From an uncultured delta proteobacterium (GTDB taxonomy: Bacteria > Desulfobacterota > Syntrophia > Syntrophales > UBA2185): a stretch of 64,000 nucleotides of DNA. The notes beneath the pieces are model-generated. The model was not told where the DNA came from and did not search any database. It saw nothing but the letters and a program-made list of their open reading frames with translations. Below are positions 54,186 to 64,000 of this stretch, piece by piece; within the stretch, counting starts at the first letter, position 1, and every line of letters begins with the position of its first letter. The position numbers and the translations under genes were made by a program. Location of the stretch: the NCBI GenBank assembly GCA_963695875.1, contig CAVOID010000013.1, positions 22,917 through 86,916 of the forward strand, read 5' to 3'.

Positions 54186-54476
54186 TTAGTGGTTTGTCGT
54201 CGTTGCCGGCGGCGGAGCCGATCCACCGCCACCGCCTCCGGCTGCTATTGCAATTACGCCAATCACCACTGCTGCTGCAACAACACCGATAGCGATGGTT
54301 CCCCCCGATATACCTGCTTCCGCCGTTCCACCTGCTTCTGCACCTGCTTTACCTGCTGCCGTATCAGTTGTTCCAGTTCCTCCAGGCTGAGCAAGAACAT
54401 GGAAAGGAACAGCTAAACTTATAATACATAAGATGGCTATGAAGCCATAATATTTTCTGAATTTGCTATTATGCAT
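54186..54476 (-). CDS. Small Gly/Ala-rich membrane protein
   Basis: GGGGAGG RBS, signal peptide, second hydrophobic segment, TTTNH end; lies at the end of the capsule export cluster. Confidence 0.65.
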   Translation of the reverse strand: MHNSKFRKYYGFIAILCIISLAVPFHVLAQPGGTGTTDTAAGKAGAEAGGTAEAGISGGTIAIGVVAAAVVIGVIAIAAGGGGGGSAPPPATTTNH

Positions 54477-54690
54477 ATAATTCCTCCCCGATTGTTTTTA
54501 TTTAGTTTACTTTATTGATGAATTAATTGCAATCAAAATAAGCGTAAATATGGATGCAAATATGACTGAAATCAAGATCAGGAAAAGGATTAGTTATAGT
54601 TTGACCGTAGTGAAAATACTAATATAAGAAAAAATATTAAGATATTTCACTTTCAATATGAATACTTATCGGGCAAATATTTTCACTTTC

Positions 54691-57600
54691 TCAAAATACT
54701 TTTATTACTACGGCGGCGGTTACCGCCATCTGCATGAGTATCTGTGTAATATCCCTGATTTCCCTCAACCATGCAATTCGCTCAATTTTTTCTGGGACAA
54801 CAATTACATCCCCGGGCTCAATTTCTTTAATTTCTTCACCAAAAGCAGTCATCTCCCATCTGGATTTGCTGCTATTCCAGTTCATAAAGCCTTTAGATAC
54901 CTTACGGGCGCTCCCATCCACTTTAAGTATGTAGGTATTGTCAATATCAGCGTATCGCGCGTATCCGCCGGCCATGTTGACATAATCCTCGAAATTCAGT
55001 TTTTCGCTGAAAAGGTAGCTCCCCTGAGACATAACGGCGCCGGTCACATTTACCACACTCGGCCTTGGCGGAATGTAAAGATTATCTCCGTCTTCAAGTT
55101 CGATATCGTATTCACTCCCTTTCAACAATCTCAGAGAGGTGAGATTAATACTCATTCGGCCTGTTGCCTTCAACTGATAAAGGCTGGCGATGAACTTCTG
55201 CTTCTGCTCTATTTCTATCTTTTTTGCTGTTATCTCCTCCTGGGATATTGAGGTGGAGACCATTCCCCCACTTTCCATCAGCATGTCTCTTTCCAGCCTT
55301 TTGATCATCTCGTCGAGACCCTTCTGCTGAAGTTCCCGGACGGTTTCTCTCTTGAATGCAGCACCTCTGAGATAGGCTTTATCTGTATATCCCCCGGATC
55401 TCTCAATCAATGAAGACAACCGCTCACCCTTTTTGATGATATATCTGCCCTGGAAGAGCAGCTCCCCGGATACAGAAACAAATTTTTCGGCTCGCCAGTT
55501 GGAAATGCGCATGACAAACAACCGGTCATATGGCTTTAACAGAACATTATAAGTGGGATTTCCTTTGAGCGCTTCCTGGAGTTTGATCTTTTCGTGGTCT
55601 AATCTGACTATTTTACCATTTTCCACGGTCTGCGATGAGAGTTCTGCTTCAGCCAGATACGCTGATTCAAGGACATTGCCGGCCTTGAATACCAGGTCGC
55701 TCACCCTCATCTGCTCGGTATATTGATACATTCCCGGTTTTGTAACTTCACCATCTATAAAAACGCTCTTGATGCCGAAAAGCTCCCAGACAGAATGGAT
55801 GATGATTCTGTCTCTGTCCTGGAGCAGAAGGTTTTCCTGAGGGTCACCGGACATGGCTTTAGCAACATCAAAATAGATCGTCTGGTAGTTCTTTCCCTCA
55901 TTGATACGCCGAATGATCTCGCCTCGATCCAGATAGGCATCCTTCGTCAAACCGCCGACACCCAGCAGGGCATCCTTGATTCTTATATTCTCCGATACTT
56001 CGATGCGATAGGTTTTCCGCAAGGCATTCCTTATGTTTACCAGCTTGTCCGCCAGATCATACCTTCCCATCTTTCGCAGTTCACTTTCGACATTTTTTAT
56101 GTCTTCGGTTATATTTGCCTTCTCATCTTTTCTGATTTTGTTCTCAATATCCCTAACCTTGTCAGCGAGATCCTGTTTCCCAAGTCTTTTTAAATCGTCA
56201 CCAACCTCCTTAGCTTTGTCCGCCTGAGACTGCCTCTCCGCTTTTTTCAAGTCATCTTCCGTAACATCAATCTTTGCAATCATGCCGTACGTCTTTGTTC
56301 TCTCTGCTTCAGATAAACTGTCCTTCCTGAGCTTTTCCTCTTCAGGCGTTAGTAAAGGTTGTTTTAGCCCTGTTCGGGATAACCCATCGTATTTCTTAGG
56401 TTTTGGTTCTTCGGCATCCTTCATTGCCTCAGGGACGCCGACTTGTCCTCTCACTTCCCCCTCGACGGTCACATACGGCTTATCCTTGAAAAACCATTTG
56501 GAGAAGATATAGACATGGTCTTCAGGTTTCAGGTTGACATTATATGACTCATCTTTCTCCAGTAAAAATCTGGCCAGATTGAAGGGAACGAGTTCTGTAC
56601 TTCGATCGGGGAGTTTGATTCTCTTAATCAGGGCATATTCAAAATGGGTCTCATCCAGTAGATCTGTCGGGTCTTTGATAAGATCCCTTACCTTCATCCC
56701 GGACTTGTATTCATATTTTCCCGGCCGCTTTACATTCCCACTGAGATATACGGCATTCATATCTTTGTCGACAATGGTGAAGACATTAATGAGGTCGGCA
56801 TCCTGGAGTTTAACATCCATTGCCTTGCTGAGATGTTTGTCATCAATGTCAATCACAACCTGTCTTTCGTTTTTCTGAATGCGTGATACCTGTATCTGCT
56901 GTGTATACGCCGTCGGAAGGATACCCCCTGCAAGATCAAAAAGGTGCTGGAGATCAAACTGGTCTTTCAATTCATAAATAGCCGGTCTTCTCACATTTCC
57001 AGCAACACCTACCAGCGGCCCTGTGACCGTTACAAACACGATGTCACCGGCCTGAAGGATGGTATCTTTCGACTTATCGCCTTTCAGGAAGAGATCATAG
57101 AGATCCAGGGTTGTTATGGTATTGTTCTTACGCCTCAACTGTATTTTCCTCATGGAGCCGATGTCTGTCGGGCCGCCCGCCAGCAGAAGAGCGTCGGTCA
57201 TCGTTGCGGAGGAACCAATCGTGTATGCCCCCGGCCTGCGGATATCGCCTAAAATAAATATCGGAATCGTTTTCAGAGAGCCCAGGGTAATATCAATATT
57301 GGCGCCGACCATTTGCTCTGTCTGGCTGATGATTTTCTTGGACATATCTTCAAAGGTCATCCCCGCAACGATGATTGGGCCAAGCTGAGGGATTGTGATT
57401 TTGCCATCCCTGTCAACCGTCAGGTTATACTGGGCATTAACCCGTCCCCAGAGGAGGATCTTGACCTCATCCCCCGGCCCGATAAGATATTTCAGGGGAA
57501 CGGGAATATCCTTTCTGTCCGTGGTCACCCTGATGGCCGCTTCCTGGAAGAATTCATACCCAAATGGCTTGAGATCTTTTGAGATTTCCTGAGACTTCCC

Positions 57601-57978
57601 CGTCTGGCGCGACCGGTCAAAGAGGCCTTCTCTCTTTGGCTCTTCACTGATGATCCGCTTTTCTGCTTCGGTCTGCACCTGTCGCTCCACCTCTTTTTTG
57701 CGTGCCTCTCTTTCTCTCTGCTCCAGGAGCTCTTTCCCCTTCTGAATATCTTCCGGTTTCAAGTCCTTGAATTCCGGGCTCTGCCTGAGCATCTGGACGG
57801 CCTCCGGCGTAATCTGCCCGCCGGTCATGGAAAAACCAGTCTTCAATGCCTGACACTGATCGGTGGTCAAATTTTTCTCTCTGCATATATCATCCACAGA
57901 TTTCTGCTGTGCATAGAGATAAGGGCACATGCACAGGATAACCACAACAGTTGCGACAAGGCGAAACAGACTGATCAT
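54691..57978 (-). CDS. Polysaccharide export protein with multiple SLBB domains (Wza/KpsD-like)
   Basis: LKPFGYEFF, YLIGPGDEV..WG, repeated G.V.RPG.Y SLBB units, PGDVIVVP. Confidence 0.88.
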   Translation of the reverse strand: MISLFRLVATVVVILCMCPYLYAQQKSVDDICREKNLTTDQCQALKTGFSMTGGQITPEAVQMLRQSPEFKDLKPEDIQKGKELLEQREREARKKEVERQVQTEAEKRIISEEPKREGLFDRSRQTGKSQEISKDLKPFGYEFFQEAAIRVTTDRKDIPVPLKYLIGPGDEVKILLWGRVNAQYNLTVDRDGKITIPQLGPIIVAGMTFEDMSKKIISQTEQMVGANIDITLGSLKTIPIFILGDIRRPGAYTIGSSATMTDALLLAGGPTDIGSMRKIQLRRKNNTITTLDLYDLFLKGDKSKDTILQAGDIVFVTVTGPLVGVAGNVRRPAIYELKDQFDLQHLFDLAGGILPTAYTQQIQVSRIQKNERQVVIDIDDKHLSKAMDVKLQDADLINVFTIVDKDMNAVYLSGNVKRPGKYEYKSGMKVRDLIKDPTDLLDETHFEYALIKRIKLPDRSTELVPFNLARFLLEKDESYNVNLKPEDHVYIFSKWFFKDKPYVTVEGEVRGQVGVPEAMKDAEEPKPKKYDGLSRTGLKQPLLTPEEEKLRKDSLSEAERTKTYGMIAKIDVTEDDLKKAERQSQADKAKEVGDDLKRLGKQDLADKVRDIENKIRKDEKANITEDIKNVESELRKMGRYDLADKLVNIRNALRKTYRIEVSENIRIKDALLGVGGLTKDAYLDRGEIIRRINEGKNYQTIYFDVAKAMSGDPQENLLLQDRDRIIIHSVWELFGIKSVFIDGEVTKPGMYQYTEQMRVSDLVFKAGNVLESAYLAEAELSSQTVENGKIVRLDHEKIKLQEALKGNPTYNVLLKPYDRLFVMRISNWRAEKFVSVSGELLFQGRYIIKKGERLSSLIERSGGYTDKAYLRGAAFKRETVRELQQKGLDEMIKRLERDMLMESGGMVSTSISQEEITAKKIEIEQKQKFIASLYQLKATGRMSINLTSLRLLKGSEYDIELEDGDNLYIPPRPSVVNVTGAVMSQGSYLFSEKLNFEDYVNMAGGYARYADIDNTYILKVDGSARKVSKGFMNWNSSKSRWEMTAFGEEIKEIEPGDVIVVPEKIERIAWLREIRDITQILMQMAVTAAVVIKVF

Positions 57979-58969
57979 GTTTTTAGATTCTCCCTCTCTT
58001 TACTCTTCATCTTTTCAAGATACTCCATAAAAAATGCTAAAAACACACCCATAAAGATGGACGATAACAAAACTTAAAAGAACCATCTGGATTCTCTTCG
58101 GTTTTATCCTCTTGTCGGGTACTTTGGGAGGATCAATCACCTTGAAGGCAAAGTTTTCCTTCACCTCTGCCATCATGGACGTTTCCAGTTGCTGAGCAAT
58201 AAGATTGTATATCTTCTGTTTGATCAGAGGATCAGCCGTTTTCCCTAATTGTTCCTCAAGGTATTTCTGGTTAATTGTAGCCACGCGTCTGGCTTCGCTG
58301 CTCATGTGGTCCGTCAATGCGGTGAGGAAATACTCGACCATCTTTGGCGGCCATTTCGGGATCATAATAATCAACGGTGATAGTGATGATGTTCTCTTTT
58401 ATATTTTGATTGATCCTGATGATCTCATCGAGCTTCCGCAGACCGTCCCAGACATCGGGGACGTCAGTCATCCTTTTTCCTGACACCTGTTTGTTCACCC
58501 GAAGTTATGGACCTAACCAGTTTGCCTAAAAACACCACAGGATTCAGACTTATTCCCTCGTTTCCAGTCCTTCTTTTCCGCATCCCATTCTTTATAGAAC
58601 AGGACAGGAAGAAGCTGATAACGCACGATGACCTTCTCCCGGAGAATATTCGATTTCAGGAGATTGACAATCTCGGCCGCGGAAGATCCACCCGGTAATA
58701 CAATTCCCGGAAGTCCACCAAATTGCATTGCCAATGCGGACAGTGTCCCGACACCTGCCCCGCTTTCCTTGGAGGTTATGGGTGCAATAATAGCCTTGGC
58801 CTGGTAGATGTTGGTCATCAGCTAACGAAATCAGAAACGTCGCCAGGACAGCAGCAATCACCACCCGGATGATGAACTTCTGCCGCTTACGGATGACCCG
58901 CCAGTAATCCAGAAGATTTATTTCGTCTTCCTCGCACCCTTGCTCAGAATTTTTCTGTTCTTCTGTCAT
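57975..58969 (-). CDS. wzz: Wzz/FepE chain-length determinant (several frameshifts)
   Basis: EDEINLLDYWRVI, Y.AKAII, FKVIDPPKVPD.RIKPKR, terminal TM; ATGA overlap with the SLBB gene. Confidence 0.8.
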
Positions 58970-58984
58970 GTTAATAATCCATCA

Positions 58985-59031
58985 GTCATTCCAAACGAAT
59001 GCAAAGATTTCTCCCTTTGGTCGAAATGACA
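58985..59031. repeat. GTCATT..AGATTTCTC..GTCGAAATGAC REP-like palindrome
   Basis: gtcattccaaacgaatgcaaagatttctccctttggtcgaaatgaca. Confidence 0.55.
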
Positions 59032-59032
59032 A

Positions 59033-59161
59033 AAAGTTTGTACTACTATTATTATGTCATTGCGAGGAGCGCCAGCGACGTGGCAATCTGCTGTATTATC
59101 AATAATGCCATGAGATTGCTTCACTTCGTTCGCAATGACAGAGAGCATTGTGCAAAGTCTA
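59033..59161. mobile_element. GTCATTGCGAG-family element with TTGTGCAAAG end
   Basis: Full doublet core; flanked by GACAA at 59028-59032 and 59162-59166. Confidence 0.72.
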
Positions 59162-59257
59162 GACAAAGTGTAAATTGTTCAACATTCCCTTATTAATTGG
59201 TGAGTTTTTCACGCTATATCACTTTATCTGCAATAAAGTCAATTATCCTCAACCTCT

Positions 59258-62345
<3,088 letters not shown>

Positions 62346-62388
62346 TTAGCGACGACTCTGCAAAAAAACATATATTCTGAATTTCCCC

Positions 62389-62937
62389 TCACCTTTTACT
62401 ATTCACTGATTTATATGCCTCCGCAAAACAATCCGTCAGATAAAGTATATTATCCCGTATGACATTTAGAGTGCCTATATTAGCGATTCCCGTCACGTTC
62501 ATTGTCCACGTACTCGCTAACGTTTTGATCTTGGGATTTGAATCAATTGAAACAATTTGTTGCAGCTCAATCCTGATATCGTAAGCGAGCCAGTATTTTT
62601 CATTCTCGTGTGTGTTTACATTCACATAGAGAATCGGTCGCCCGGGCGTTTTGAGCCACTCATCCGATGTCAAAACCCTGATTCCTGCCTGTCGTAACCG
62701 CTGCTCAATATCCTGCTGAATCTGCTCCTTCATCAATCCGGATTTGCGCAGATGTTTCTCATACTTCATCACATTGGACTGCAATTCCTCGACAGCAATA
62801 TACACCCCCTGAAGACCAGTCAATGTCAGCCTTGTCTCCTTAGAATCAACGGCAAAAATAGGGGTAGCAAGCCCGATCAATAACAGTACTGCTGTCAATA
62901 ACATCACCAACCTTTTCATAATAGGGATTGTGACCAT
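62389..62937 (-). CDS. Secreted hypothetical protein
   Basis: AGGAGG RBS, signal peptide, 182 aa. Confidence 0.65.
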   Translation of the reverse strand: MVTIPIMKRLVMLLTAVLLLIGLATPIFAVDSKETRLTLTGLQGVYIAVEELQSNVMKYEKHLRKSGLMKEQIQQDIEQRLRQAGIRVLTSDEWLKTPGRPILYVNVNTHENEKYWLAYDIRIELQQIVSIDSNPKIKTLASTWTMNVTGIANIGTLNVIRDNILYLTDCFAEAYKSVNSKR

Positions 62938-63030
62938 ACTCTTCTCCTCCTTTACTAAAACGGGCCACCAAAAAGATAGGGACAGAAGCTTTTCCCCAAA
63001 GCTAAAATGGAATCTGACCCCAATTATGTA

Positions 63031-64000
63031 CTACCGGGCTCCTTTGCCGAATAAAACCGTATGCATTGTCCTCAATAAAATAAATAAATCCAGAAGAAAA
63101 GTGACATTCTTAATGTAATACAGATCGTACTGGAGCTTCTCAAGGGCATCCTCTTTAGATGCACCGTAGGGATAATTAATCTGGGCCCATCCCGGTAATA
63201 CCCGGTTTAACGGAATGCCGTAAAGAATAATAGGGAATTTCTTGTGTTAATTGGTCAACAAATTCAGGTCTCTCCGGTCGCGGACCAACAAGGCTCAATT
63301 CTCCTTTCAAGACATTCCATAACTGTGGAAGCTCATCAATTCTCAAAAATCTGATGATTCGTCCGACCCTTGTGATACGTGGATCATTCTCTTGCGCCCA
63401 AACAGCACCATTCATTTCAGCATCAATCTTCATTGATCGAAATTTTATCAGATTAAAAATCACCCCATTGAAACCAACCCGCTGTTGCCTGTAAAAGACC
63501 GGGCCTCTGGTATCCATCTTAATCAACAGAGAAACAATACACATAAGGGGAACAGCAAATAACAACCCTATAACTGCGAATGCCTTGTCGATAATCTTTT
63601 TCACCTTTGCGTTATATAGATTACTTTTCACGCCATAGATATCGGCATATCCGAGCCACATCTCGTTCGTATGTAAGACAGGTATCTTCCCGGCAACCTT
63701 TTCATAAAAGCTTGGCATTTCATAAACGGCTATCCCATTAAATTTAGCCTCAACCAACTTTTTATAAACCTCCGGGTGAATCACCCGTGTAATGGCAATG
63801 ATTACTTTATCAATTCTTAACTCTTTAACCAGGGTTGACAATATTCCCGTTCCACCGATGACTGAGGCATTTCCGAAAGACATGCCCCATTTTTTTTCGT
63901 CATCATCCAGAAAACCCACAATTTCATAATCTTTATTCGTTTTCAACATCTCATATAAATTGCCGCCGGTTTGTCCCGCGCCAACAATAAGAAGACCGGC
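63031..64000 (-). CDS. Polyprenyl glycosylphosphotransferase (PEP-CTERM-associated type), 3' part, frameshift near 63190
   Basis: KFRSM, RIDELPQLWNVLKG.LSLVGPRPERP; shifted frame WAQINYPYGASKEDALEKLQYDLYYIKN...LFGKGAR. Confidence 0.9.

Overview
Chromosomal segment from a Gram-negative anaerobe. Gene content (AhbC, PEP-CTERM system, N-terminally extended BamA) suggests Desulfobacterota/Syntrophales, which is an inference. Many genes, including essential ones, are split by single-base indels, most likely long-read sequencing error. Content in order: iscR-iscS; a thrC-L,D-transpeptidase-ddpX-symporter operon; a YihY-cNMP fusion; ahbC; a TPR/ExeA/HTH/cNMP group; a radical SAM gene, suhB, rodZ, tatA and ssb; a TPP riboswitch with thiC; a long lysS-lol-bamA-lipid A-LPS core operon with gnnA/gnnB-like genes; two accessory cargo blocks (PEP-CTERM plus a repeat beta-propeller protein; cytochrome c/YtkA/ABC/NosL); and an exopolysaccharide export cluster. 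The most unusual signals are (i) cargo blocks bracketed by diverged duplications of the neighbouring gene ends with no integrase in the window, (ii) a REP-like/MITE element seen as both filled and empty site with a 5-bp target duplication, (iii) a DUF559 nuclease gene nested in its own palindromic repeats, and (iv) several further short palindromic element families. No rRNA, tRNA or CRISPR array was recognised.
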